A stretch of 64,000 nucleotides of DNA. Source: an uncultured Candidatus Saccharibacteria bacterium (lineage in GTDB: Bacteria > Patescibacteriota > Saccharimonadia > Saccharimonadales > UBA4665). Below, piece after piece: positions 49,766 through 58,658 of the stretch (positions within the stretch are counted from its first letter, which is position 1; each line of letters starts with the position of its first letter). Made by a program: the position numbers and the translations under genes. The DNA lies in assembly GCA_963820105.1 (NCBI GenBank), contig CAWFYI010000003.1, positions 12,475 to 76,474 on the forward strand, in the 5' to 3' direction. The notes below the pieces were generated by a model that was not told the origin of the DNA, made no database searches, and was given only the letters and a program-made list of their open reading frames with translations.

Positions 49766-51046
49766 ATGTCTAGACTACTGATTAAGAGAGCGCTGGTAGG
49801 TACGATAGCGGTGATAATGTTCGCGGCGCAGATGCCACTGACCGCTCTGGCCGCGACGGACCAAGCGGCCCTGTCCGCCGCCCAAGCAGGGGTTAATTAT
49901 CTGGGAGCCAATCAGAATGCCGATGGGAGCATCTCGGGTAGCTTCGGTGGGACGAGTGATTGGGCGGTCATGGCTATCCAAGCTGACGGGAAACAGGCCG
50001 CCGCATTCAGTAATGGCGGCGCCTCAGCGCTAGATTTCATGAAGACGGACGTGCCCGGTCCGGCATCGGCGGCCACGGACGTGGAACGCAAGATTATTGC
50101 TATCGCGGCTGCCGGTCAGGACAGCAAAACTTTCGGCGGCTTTGACTACGACTCCGCGCTTGCCGGCTATCATGCCGGTCAACAGATCGGTGATCCGACT
50201 TTGCTGACTGATGACATGTTCGGTGTGATTGCGGCCGACGCGTCCAAAGATTCGGCACTGTATAGCACAGCGCAGGACGGACTTGACTATCTATTGGCTC
50301 ATCAAGGGACTGACGGCGGCTTCAGCTATACCACTAACAGCTGCGCCTACTGCGGAAGCGACAGCAGCGACACCGCCGCCGCTATCATAGCCATGCAGGC
50401 AGCGATATCCATTGGGTTGTCGAACACGAATCTTACGAGCGATGAAGCCAAAGCCACGGCTTATTTATTGAATACGCAGCAGCCGGATGGGGGCTTCGGG
50501 GCCGATATCTACAGCGCGTCGGATGGCGATTCGACCGCTTGGGGCTTAATGGCGCTGAATAGCGCCGGTGACGCCGCTGGCACCCAGGCGCTGGCGGCAC
50601 GTGACTGGCTTATTAATAACCAGAATGCCGATGGCGGCTTCAGCTACGGCGCCTATGGTATTACTGCCAGCGACACCTACACGACGGCACATGCCATCAT
50701 CGCAATCCTTGGCACGACGTGGCTGTTACAACCCAGCCCCATTCACGGTTCGCCGCCCCCGCCCACAGTGACCCCGCCTTCACAGGCAACGCCAGCCAAC
50801 CAGCCTGTCATCGGCACGCATACAACTACGTATACGACGCCGGCCGATACTCCAGACACAAGTCCTGCGCCCCAAGTGAAGGCGGCCAGTACGCCCAAAC
50901 CATCCAGCGGTAAAACGGTCGGCCCGAAGTTTGCCGGCGCAGGGAAGACCAGCTCACACAACATTTACTTTGCCGTCTTACTTGGTATCATTGCAGTAAT
51001 GTGGTTCGCATTCGAACCGCGGAAAAACAGGAGAGGTAAAATATGA
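49766..51046 (+). CDS. Surface protein with prenyltransferase/terpene-cyclase-like alpha/alpha-toroid repeats, Pro-rich stalk and C-terminal TM anchor
   Basis: It has a signal peptide (AVIMFAAQMPLTALAAT). Repeated motifs are NADGSISGSFGG, TDGGFSYTT, QPDGGFGAD and NADGGFSYGAY, spaced about 45-60 aa apart. The linker PPPPTVTPPSQATPANQP precedes a C-terminal helix IYFAVLLGIIAVMWFAF and basic tail. Confidence 0.7.
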   Translation: MSRLLIKRALVGTIAVIMFAAQMPLTALAATDQAALSAAQAGVNYLGANQNADGSISGSFGGTSDWAVMAIQADGKQAAAFSNGGASALDFMKTDVPGPASAATDVERKIIAIAAAGQDSKTFGGFDYDSALAGYHAGQQIGDPTLLTDDMFGVIAADASKDSALYSTAQDGLDYLLAHQGTDGGFSYTTNSCAYCGSDSSDTAAAIIAMQAAISIGLSNTNLTSDEAKATAYLLNTQQPDGGFGADIYSASDGDSTAWGLMALNSAGDAAGTQALAARDWLINNQNADGGFSYGAYGITASDTYTTAHAIIAILGTTWLLQPSPIHGSPPPPTVTPPSQATPANQPVIGTHTTTYTTPADTPDTSPAPQVKAASTPKPSSGKTVGPKFAGAGKTSSHNIYFAVLLGIIAVMWFAFEPRKNRRGKI

Positions 51047-51666
51047 AAACCAACCTAACCCAAAATACTAAGATGGGCGTTGCCCTGACCATAGTCTTCA
51101 GCGCGGTCTTGATGCGTCTGGTGCCGCACATACCGAACTTCGCACCCGTGACTGCCGCGGCGCTGTTCGGCGCGGCCTATCTGCCTAGACGCTACGCGTT
51201 GCTGATGCCGTTGCTGATAATGGCCATAAGCGATTACGCATTGCTCTATATCAGCCCGTTCGGACACCCGGTGCTTAACCTCAGCCACTTACAACCCTTG
51301 AGCGCGATGCTCAGCGGTACCACAGCGTGGGTATGGGGAAGCTTCATGATCAGCGGACTGCTGGGCCTGTCGCTACGCAAGAATCCCGGTGCCCTCCGGA
51401 TTGGCGGCACAAGCCTGCTGGCCTCCGCGCAATTTTTTCTGATAACGAATTTTGGCGTGTGGGCGGCGGGCGCGTACGCGCGGGACTGGTCAGGTCTGGT
51501 TGCCAGCTATGCCGCCGGGTTGCCATTCCTAAGATGGACAATGCTAGGCGACTTGTTCTATACCGCCTGCTTCTTCGGTCTCTACGCGCTGGTACTTAAC
51601 CCCGAAGGGTTTTCACTGCGTCTGTCGCGTCTCAGGCGTCGCCAGGCTACTCAAATACGAACATGA
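51043..51666 (+). CDS. Six-TM membrane protein, DUF6580-like putative transporter
   Basis: Motifs are RLVPHIPNFAPVTAAALFGAAYL, IMAISDYALLY and QFFLITNFGVWAAGAY. The start forms an ATGA overlap with the upstream stop. Confidence 0.6.
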   Translation: MKTNLTQNTKMGVALTIVFSAVLMRLVPHIPNFAPVTAAALFGAAYLPRRYALLMPLLIMAISDYALLYISPFGHPVLNLSHLQPLSAMLSGTTAWVWGSFMISGLLGLSLRKNPGALRIGGTSLLASAQFFLITNFGVWAAGAYARDWSGLVASYAAGLPFLRWTMLGDLFYTACFFGLYALVLNPEGFSLRLSRLRRRQATQIRT

Positions 51667-52265
51667 AGACGCCGGCCCGGATAGGTATTTACGCTGGTAC
51701 GTTTGACCCGGTGCATAGTGGGCATGTTGCTTTCGCCTTGCAGGCACTGAAAGCGGCTGATCTGGAGAAGGTCTGCTTCCTGCCGGAGCGCAGGCCGCGC
51801 CACAAGCTGCAGGTCGAGCATTTCGGGCACCGCGCGGCTATGCTGGCGCGGGCGCTCAAACCCCATCCGCGGCTGGAGCTACTGGAGCTTGAAGATTCGA
51901 ATTTCAATGTTAGCCGTACCCTGCCGAAACTTAAGAAGCGTCTCCCGGATAGCGAGCTTGTATTCCTGTTCGGTTCGGACGTTGTGCAGGGCCTCGCGGA
52001 CTGGCCCGGCGCCGGCCGCTTCTTAGAAAACGCCGAACTTGTCATAGGCATACGGTCGCGCGACAGGCGAAGCGGCTTGCGCAAGGTCATCGAGGCCTGG
52101 CCGGCGCAGCCTAAGTCCGTGACCATGTTCGACAGCTACGCGCCGGCCGTATCATCCGGTATAGTCCGCGAGGCCCTGCGCGGCGGCAAGGGAACGGCAC
52201 CCGGCCTGCTTTCCAGCGTGGAACGCTACAGCGACCGCCACTGGCTGTACGTTTCTATAACCTAA
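51663..52265 (+). CDS. nadD: Nicotinate/nicotinamide-nucleotide adenylyltransferase
   Basis: IGIYAGTFDPVHSGHVAFALQA carries the HxGH motif; CFLPERRPRHK and the late SSGIVRE block follow. The start forms an ATGA overlap with the upstream gene. Confidence 0.8.
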   Translation: MKTPARIGIYAGTFDPVHSGHVAFALQALKAADLEKVCFLPERRPRHKLQVEHFGHRAAMLARALKPHPRLELLELEDSNFNVSRTLPKLKKRLPDSELVFLFGSDVVQGLADWPGAGRFLENAELVIGIRSRDRRSGLRKVIEAWPAQPKSVTMFDSYAPAVSSGIVREALRGGKGTAPGLLSSVERYSDRHWLYVSIT

Positions 52266-52273
52266 TCTTGGGG

Positions 52274-52939
52274 CTAACCCTGTTTCTTGGCAATCTCGGC
52301 ATTGATGATTTTCTCTACCGCGCTAACGCCGGTGGAATAGGGCAGATCTATTTTTTTGCCGTCCAGGAAGAACGTCGGCGTGCCCTGTATCTTGAGCTTG
52401 TCGCCCTCGGCCATGTCGGCGTTGATCAAATCGTTGACCTTGCTGCTCTGATAGTCGGACTTAAACTTATCGGCGCTCAGACCGACCTGCTTAGCGAAAT
52501 TGACGAAGTACTTGTTAAGCGGATCACTGCTGGCTACCCAACCCGATTTGCCGCTTGGATCCTGGTTATCGTACAGCGCGTCATGCATCTGCCAGAATTT
52601 GCCCTGTATGGCCGCCGCTTCGGCCGCGCGGGCGCCCGCGAAAGCATTCTGGTGGATCTGGGTAAGCGGAAAGTTGCGGAACTGGAAGTAAATCTGATCG
52701 TTCAGATCGGCTGCGACCTGTTTGATTACGGGATAAGCGGCGCCGCAGTAGGGACACTCGTAGTCGCCGTACTCTACCAGTTTCACACCGGACTTACCTT
52801 TGCCCTCGACATGCTGCGTCAACTTACTGCCGCCGCCCGAGGAGCTGGGAGCATTGGCTTTCTTATTGCCGGTCAATAAGAAGATGCCGGCGAACACCAG
52901 CACCACTATGACTATAACCCCCCAGAACTGTTTAGACAT
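52274..52939 (-). CDS. DsbA-family thiol:disulfide oxidoreductase, membrane-anchored
   Basis: N-terminal TM is FWGVIVIVVLVFAGIFLL. CxxC lies in YGDYECPYCGAAYP, and the cis-Pro region is IQGTPTFFLDG. Confidence 0.8.
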   Translation of the reverse strand: MSKQFWGVIVIVVLVFAGIFLLTGNKKANAPSSSGGGSKLTQHVEGKGKSGVKLVEYGDYECPYCGAAYPVIKQVAADLNDQIYFQFRNFPLTQIHQNAFAGARAAEAAAIQGKFWQMHDALYDNQDPSGKSGWVASSDPLNKYFVNFAKQVGLSADKFKSDYQSSKVNDLINADMAEGDKLKIQGTPTFFLDGKKIDLPYSTGVSAVEKIINAEIAKKQG

Positions 52940-53023
52940 GTGACCTCCGAATTACCATTTGGTTAAAGTATACATTACCCCGCTGTTTTGCAATCAACCG
53001 GAGTCAGTATAAGCTAAAGTAGC

Positions 53024-54085
53024 ATGAGAAATATCATCTATGCCGCAATATTCCTGCTGCTTTCGCTGGGCGGCGTGGTAGTGCGCAAAACCTATTTTCG
53101 CCTGCCGGTCCGCGAGTTGAAACGCCGCGCCGAAAAACACGATAAGACCGCCCGCATCATGTACAGGGCAGTGGCCTATGGCAACAGTCTGCGCGGTCTG
53201 CTATGGCTGTACATAGGCCTGACCGCCGCCGCCGGCATGATACTGTTAGCGCGCGAACTGCACATATGGGTCAGTCTGCTCATAGTCGGTCCGTTACTCT
53301 GGATAGCCTTTTCGCTGGTGCCAGCTAGCCGTACTACCAAAGTCGGCACCTGGCTTACCGTTATGCTTACTCCGCCCATAGCCTGGCTGCTCAATTACGT
53401 ACATCCATTACTTAGCCGCGGCGCGGAGACGGTCGAGCGACGTTACACCGCTCCCGACCACACCAGGCTGTTTGAACGTGACGACCTGGTGCGCCTGCTT
53501 GAGAGGCAAAAGGAGCAGGACGACAGCCGCTTCACCGAAGAGGAACTGGAAATCGCCATCCGGGCCCTGAGCTTCGATGATTATCTAGTTGCCGACGTGA
53601 TGATTCCGCGCAAGAAAACCAAGACCGTGCTGGCCGGCGATACCCTGGGCCCAGTGCTTATCAACGAACTGCATGAAGCCGGTCAGGAACAGGCTCTGGT
53701 GCGGGAAAAGGCCAAGGGCCCGTTCGTCGGCACCATCCGCTTCAGCCAGCTGGGAATAGAGAGCAAGGGCCACGTCCGCGACATCATGCAGCCCACCGTT
53801 TACTATGTGCACGAGAACGACACTTTGGGCGAGGCCTTGCACGCCTTTTTTACCACCAACCATCCGGTATTCGTGGTAGTGAACAGCGTTGAAGAGCATG
53901 TCGGCATGATCAGCGTGGAGGATATCATGCGCCAGCTCATAGGTCACGTTCCGGGCGATGAGTTCGATCAATACGCCGATCCGGAAGCCGTGGCTGCCCG
54001 CCATCCGGCCGTGCGAAAAAAGCGAAGCGATGCCAAGCCGTCCGATGAAACCCCTGTTAAAACAGATGAGGAAGTGGTAGAATAG
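53024..54085 (+). CDS. CNNM/DUF21-type membrane protein with CBS-domain pair
   Basis: There are four N-terminal TM helices and two CBS motifs (ADVMIPRKKT...GTIRFSQL; VRDIMQPTVYYV...GMISVEDIMRQL). No CorC_HlyC C-terminal domain is evident. Confidence 0.7.
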   Translation: MRNIIYAAIFLLLSLGGVVVRKTYFRLPVRELKRRAEKHDKTARIMYRAVAYGNSLRGLLWLYIGLTAAAGMILLARELHIWVSLLIVGPLLWIAFSLVPASRTTKVGTWLTVMLTPPIAWLLNYVHPLLSRGAETVERRYTAPDHTRLFERDDLVRLLERQKEQDDSRFTEEELEIAIRALSFDDYLVADVMIPRKKTKTVLAGDTLGPVLINELHEAGQEQALVREKAKGPFVGTIRFSQLGIESKGHVRDIMQPTVYYVHENDTLGEALHAFFTTNHPVFVVVNSVEEHVGMISVEDIMRQLIGHVPGDEFDQYADPEAVAARHPAVRKKRSDAKPSDETPVKTDEEVVE

Positions 54086-54091
54086 TCTCTC

Positions 54092-55402
54092 ATGAGAACC
54101 CTTAGCAGTGATCTGAAGGATCACACCGGCAAGTCCGTAAGCATCGAGGGCTGGCTGCACAAGAAACGCCTGCTGGGCGGTCTGACGTTCATCAACGTCC
54201 GCGACCGCCGCGGCCTGGTCCAGGTCGTCATCCAGGACAAGGACGAGGTTGAGAAGCTGCGCGGCCTGCAGATCGGCACCGTGCTGGCCGTGGAAGGCAA
54301 AGTCGTGGAAGAGACGCGGGCGCCGGGGGGCGCCGAACTTCATGATGCTAAGGTCACGGTCATGGTCCCGGTCACGGACGAGCCGCCCATAGAGATTGAC
54401 AAACCGCTCAGCCACAAACCAGACAACCTGGACACGCTGTTTGAACACCGCGTGCTAGGCCTGCGCAACCTGCAGGAACGCGCCGTGTTCGAAATCCAAT
54501 CCACGCTCTGCGCTGCCATCCGCGGCTACTTCGACGAGAACGGCTTCACCGAGATTCATTCGCCCAAACTGCTGGCCGAACCGACGGAAGGCGGTGCCGA
54601 AGTCTTCAAGCTGGATTATTTCGGCAAGGTAGCCACGCTGGCTCAAAGCCCGCAGTTCTACAAACAGATGATGGTCGGCGCGTTTGAGCGTGCCTACGAA
54701 ATCGCGCCGGTCTACCGCGCGGAGCCAAGCGCCACCACCCGCCATATGACGGAATACACCTCGGTCGACGGCGAGATGGGCTTCATAACCCTGAAAGACC
54801 TGGAACATTTCCTAAGCGGCCTGCTGAAGGCTGCCGTCGACGCGGCCTGGACCAAACACGAGCCGGAACTCAAGCGCTGGAACGCTACAAAACCTACGCT
54901 TCCGGCCGAAATTCCCGTTCTGACCATGGCGGAGATCCACGAAAAATACAGCAAGGCCGCTGGCGAGGACACCGTAGGCGAGAAGGACTTGCGGCCGGAC
55001 GAGGAGCGCTGGATCTGCGAATACGCCAAGAAGAACCTAGGTTCCGAAGCTGTGTTCGTCAGCGAATGGCCGGCCAGCGAAATGAAGTTCTACCACAAAG
55101 CTAACGAAAAGAATCCCAAGATTGCCGACCGTATCGATTTGCTTTTCCGCGGCGTCGAAATCACCACCGGTAGCATGCGCGAAAACCGCTACGACGTCCT
55201 GGTCAAACAACTCGAGCAATTAGCCAAAGGCGACCCTAATGATCCGGGCTTCTCGCCGTTGCTCACTGCGATGCGCTACGGCATGCCGCAGCACGGCGGC
55301 TTCGGTCTGGGGCTTGAGCGCCTGACCGAAAAAATCATCGGCTTCAATAACGTCAAGGAAGCCACCCTCTTCCCGCGCGACATCAACCGCCTCACACCCT
55401 AA
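54092..55402 (+). CDS. aspS: Aspartate--tRNA ligase, archaeal/eukaryote-like type 2 (possibly non-discriminating)
   Basis: 436 aa. The OB-fold N-terminus is IEGWLHKKRLLGGLTFINVRDRRGLVQVVI. Class II motif 2 is YRAEPSATTRHMTEYTSVDGEM and motif 3 is GGFGLGLERL. AsnRS cannot be fully excluded by eye. Confidence 0.78.
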   Translation: MRTLSSDLKDHTGKSVSIEGWLHKKRLLGGLTFINVRDRRGLVQVVIQDKDEVEKLRGLQIGTVLAVEGKVVEETRAPGGAELHDAKVTVMVPVTDEPPIEIDKPLSHKPDNLDTLFEHRVLGLRNLQERAVFEIQSTLCAAIRGYFDENGFTEIHSPKLLAEPTEGGAEVFKLDYFGKVATLAQSPQFYKQMMVGAFERAYEIAPVYRAEPSATTRHMTEYTSVDGEMGFITLKDLEHFLSGLLKAAVDAAWTKHEPELKRWNATKPTLPAEIPVLTMAEIHEKYSKAAGEDTVGEKDLRPDEERWICEYAKKNLGSEAVFVSEWPASEMKFYHKANEKNPKIADRIDLLFRGVEITTGSMRENRYDVLVKQLEQLAKGDPNDPGFSPLLTAMRYGMPQHGGFGLGLERLTEKIIGFNNVKEATLFPRDINRLTP

Positions 55403-56007
55403 ACTTCAGGCATCAAGAAAAAGTCAGGAACCCGCTGTCCTATGACTTCGCCGTCGAAGCGCGTGCGGTTCGCGTACACGAGCCAAGAGGTAAGAATTTC
55501 CCCGTAATGTTCCATTATTCGAAAGTCATCGGCATATTCCCGGGCGCACTCCAAAGAGGTAATGCCTGCATCAAATTCTTCTTCTGCCAACAGCCGCCGG
55601 GCTATGTCAGGTTTAGTGGGCATGTCAATGACTTCCTCCCAGGCTCCAAGATCAGTATAGCCGCGGGTTGCCGCCACTAGCCCAAGACTGCGCGGCTCTC
55701 TTATGCCGTTACGGACTATCAGTGCCAGGTTGCGCGTAGGCCATACGAAAGATTCGGCTACAAACACCTCGCGGGGGTAACGTTCGGTGACAACGTCTAC
55801 CTCGCCGTGGGCACTGCACTGCACCAGTAACGAATTAGGCTCAGTGCGGACGTGTTCAAGCCCCTCGCCGGCAAAATCATCGACCAGCTTCAACTCTGCT
55901 AATTGTTGCAATCCCTGGAACTCAATGTAAGCTTGGGTCGCGGCTTGGTGGCAGGTGCCGTCAGGGCCCAGCGTATAAAATGTAGGGTTTGGCAGTATAT
56001 CAGCCAT
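55399..56007 (-). CDS. Hypothetical protein, prephenate-dehydratase (PDT)-fold-like, no ACT domain
   Basis: FYTLGPDGTCHQAATQAY resembles the PDT N-terminal GPxGT motif. ILTSWLVYAN sits where PDTs carry the TRF motif. The similarity is weak and judged by eye only. Confidence 0.4.
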   Translation of the reverse strand: MADILPNPTFYTLGPDGTCHQAATQAYIEFQGLQQLAELKLVDDFAGEGLEHVRTEPNSLLVQCSAHGEVDVVTERYPREVFVAESFVWPTRNLALIVRNGIREPRSLGLVAATRGYTDLGAWEEVIDMPTKPDIARRLLAEEEFDAGITSLECAREYADDFRIMEHYGEILTSWLVYANRTRFDGEVIGQRVPDFFLMPEV

Positions 56008-56096
56008 TGTAATTTTATACCATAATTTTTTATAAAAAAACAGCGCGCTAGATAGGCGGATAGGTTTTTGGTAGACTTAAAGGCGCGAGTAAGCTT

Positions 56097-56720
56097 ATGC
56101 ATATTGGAAAGAAAGATGAACCGGAAAAGAGTCCAGAGCGTGAAGCTCTGGAGCGTCAGGTCGATGCCATGATGGATCCGAAACTGCCCGACGGCGCCGC
56201 GTCCGATACGTCGGCGTTAAACGTTCCCCCTTCAGCTTTAGCCATAGAGCAGCCTGCGCCCAAGCCTGCCAAAAAGGCCGGTCTTGCCAAAACCGCTCCG
56301 GAATTGCCTTCGGCAGGGAAGAAAATCCCAGTCAGTGACGCGTCTGCCAAGCCTTTGTCTATCGACAAACTCGATCAACTGACAGAACGCATAGTCGCAG
56401 GCGACAAGGAGCCGGAACCTTTGGCAACGACAGAACCCGAGGAGCCCGACATCACGGAGCAAAGCGCCGATCTGGATAATTCCCGTACCGATGAAGCGGT
56501 CGACGACATCGTCGCCCATGAAGGCGACGTCATGCTGGCGGTGGCTGACGCGAAGGTCGCCGAACGCGAACGCCAGGCGGAAACAGCTTCCGGCAAGAAG
56601 AAATCCCATGGCGGTTTCCGTGTCGTCTTCTGGTTCCTGATAGCCTTGATGGCTCTCTTGGCAATCGCCATATCCGTACTTGTGGTTACCGGCGGCAATC
56701 CCAGCTTGCCTAAGCTTTAA
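56097..56720 (+). CDS. Acidic, low-complexity protein with C-terminal TM anchor (hypothetical)
   Basis: It is Pro/Ala/Glu-rich with a C-terminal helix FRVVFWFLIALMALLAIAISVLVV. It overlaps the convergent downstream gene by 11 nt. Confidence 0.45.
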   Translation: MHIGKKDEPEKSPEREALERQVDAMMDPKLPDGAASDTSALNVPPSALAIEQPAPKPAKKAGLAKTAPELPSAGKKIPVSDASAKPLSIDKLDQLTERIVAGDKEPEPLATTEPEEPDITEQSADLDNSRTDEAVDDIVAHEGDVMLAVADAKVAERERQAETASGKKKSHGGFRVVFWFLIALMALLAIAISVLVVTGGNPSLPKL

Positions 56721-57624
56721 GTTTTTTGCCCGGCAAGTGTCTGCGCAGCGTTACTATCGCCATCCGCCCATCGGTATGCAGCGAACCGCTGATCACACGG
56801 TTTATCAGGCGGTAGGGCTCGCCCAGTTTTATCATCTGCACTTTACCAGCCAGTTTTTCCGCTTTCAACTGCGTGACCATAAGCTCGCGCTCCTTATTGG
56901 TATCCGGGTCTATCATGTGCGTAAGCTGCAGATTATGACGGATAAAGTTTACCCCGACATCCAGTGATGCCGCGCCTACCCAAAGAAGATTATCGCCGTA
57001 CACCCGGTTCCGGCGGTGGTGCCAATGTATGGTATGCACGGCGAGCGGCCGCTTATCTTCATAAGTCGTCGCCCAGAACCTTACGTGATGCCGGCTGCCG
57101 CCTTGCACGCCTTCGACCGGAATCTGAAACGCGATGTCCTGTTTGCGCCCGAACAGATAAAGACTGCTGACCGGCGCGTTCGGATAACTCCAGTCATAGA
57201 CGGCGCTTAACATTTCCCGGATGTTGTTGCGCACGCTTCGCGGGTCGGCCACGTGCCAGCCGGATTGCTCCATGACATTGATGAGCTGGCGGCGGGTACC
57301 TATGATGCCTACGTTCAACGGGTCGGAAGCGAACCCGTCGGGCGTAACGCAATATAAGGGCAGATGGCCGGCCGGCCGAAAAATGCGCCACAAGCGTATG
57401 ACCGCCGGTATCAGTACGTAGGCGCCCAACGCGTAAGTTACGATTATAGCCAGGCTGAGCGGCAAGCGCCGGTGAAAGTACGGATAAATATTCCGCACGG
57501 AAAAATAAGCGATGATTATGCCGGGTATAAGCACCGTGAAACGTTTGACCAGGCGAAGCAGATATTGAGCCATCAGTCTATTATCATACAACGGACGTGC
57601 ATGGTTTACGACAATGACAGACAA
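56710..57624 (-). CDS. LssY_C-like domain membrane protein (hypothetical)
   Basis: There are two N-terminal TM helices, then DPLNVGIIGTRRQLINVMEQSGWHVAD ... LFGRKQDIAFQ ... GSRHHVRFW, the pattern of LssY C-terminal domains. Confidence 0.5.
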   Translation of the reverse strand: MSVIVVNHARPLYDNRLMAQYLLRLVKRFTVLIPGIIIAYFSVRNIYPYFHRRLPLSLAIIVTYALGAYVLIPAVIRLWRIFRPAGHLPLYCVTPDGFASDPLNVGIIGTRRQLINVMEQSGWHVADPRSVRNNIREMLSAVYDWSYPNAPVSSLYLFGRKQDIAFQIPVEGVQGGSRHHVRFWATTYEDKRPLAVHTIHWHHRRNRVYGDNLLWVGAASLDVGVNFIRHNLQLTHMIDPDTNKERELMVTQLKAEKLAGKVQMIKLGEPYRLINRVISGSLHTDGRMAIVTLRRHLPGKKLKA

Positions 57625-57657
57625 TGACTGGTTAACTCTTATGGTATTCTAATTATT

Positions 57658-57900
57658 ATGGAAGAGAAGACTATGGACATCAGGCCGGCACCGCCGGCTG
57701 ATGCCGCCGCTAGCCATCCGGCCCCGGCTAAAGAAGTACCCACAGAAGCACTCAAAGACGCGCCAAAGAACAAAGACAATCAGCCGGCTGTACCCAAACA
57801 GCGCGGCAGCAATGTCAGCCTGGCGATCGCGGCCACCGTTGTCATAGTCCTTAGCCTGGCAACCTTGGCAACCTATGCCTTCATAAAGACACGCAGCTAA
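57658..57900 (+). CDS. Small Pro/Ala-rich protein with C-terminal TM helix (hypothetical)
   Basis: 80 aa with C-terminal helix LAIAATVVIVLSLATLATYAF. There is no clear SD sequence. The antisense ORF (57649-57909) looks like noise. Confidence 0.3.
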   Translation: MEEKTMDIRPAPPADAAASHPAPAKEVPTEALKDAPKNKDNQPAVPKQRGSNVSLAIAATVVIVLSLATLATYAFIKTRS

Positions 57901-57939
57901 TAAAGACACGCAGCTAACCCTTGCGCTACACTATAAGGC

Positions 57940-58497
57940 ATGTATGAACATGCGAACGGTCGTCTTCGGGAGCCGAGCGCCATCGGCGTGATTCCGACCG
58001 ACACCGTCTATGGAGTCGTGGCGCGTGCTGGCGATAAGGAAGCTGTGAACCGTCTATACGCGCTGAAAAAGCGCGACACTAAACCCGGAACGCTGATTGC
58101 CAACGACATCAGCCAGCTGGAAGGGCTGGGTCTGAAGCGCCGCTATCTTACAGCCGTTGAACAGTTCTGGCCCGGCGCCGTTAGCGTAGTCGTCCCCACG
58201 TCCGATCCGGCCCTTGAGTACCTGCACCGGGGAAAGATGAGTCTGGCCGTACGCGTTCCCAAGCATAAGGAGCTACAGGCCCTGCTTAAAAAAACCGGAC
58301 CGCTTCTGACCAGCAGCGCCAATCACCCGGGCAAGCCCGTGGCAACCACCGTAGCCGAGGCCAAGCAATATTTCGGCGACCAGGTCGACTTCTACGCTGA
58401 TGGCGGCGACTTATCCCGGCGTAAGCCGTCTACTGTCATACGCATCGTCGACGATGCCATCGAAGTATTGCGCCCAGGCGCTGTCAAGCTTCCCTAA
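57940..58497 (+). CDS. tsaC: L-threonylcarbamoyladenylate synthase (YrdC/TsaC type)
   Basis: Motifs are VIPTDTVYGVVARAGDKEAVNRLYALKKRDTKPGTLI and LLTSSANHPGKP. 185 aa, a single YrdC domain. Confidence 0.85.
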   Translation: MYEHANGRLREPSAIGVIPTDTVYGVVARAGDKEAVNRLYALKKRDTKPGTLIANDISQLEGLGLKRRYLTAVEQFWPGAVSVVVPTSDPALEYLHRGKMSLAVRVPKHKELQALLKKTGPLLTSSANHPGKPVATTVAEAKQYFGDQVDFYADGGDLSRRKPSTVIRIVDDAIEVLRPGAVKLP

Positions 58498-58658
58498 TAG
58501 TAGCAGTATAGTATCCGTGTAGTGTCATGCTACTGAATTGCGCCCTGACGTTATATGATATATTGAATAACTCAATCTGTTATGTATATGATATATCATA
58601 TATCACGATATCACCAGGTCACATGAGGTATTTACTACGGTACCAGTCATAATAACAG

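Noticed and set aside
52268-52879. 203-aa plus-strand ORF competing with the DsbA-like gene
   Set aside because: The minus-strand frame has an N-terminal TM helix, a CPYC active site and a cis-Pro loop. The plus-strand product has no recognisable features.
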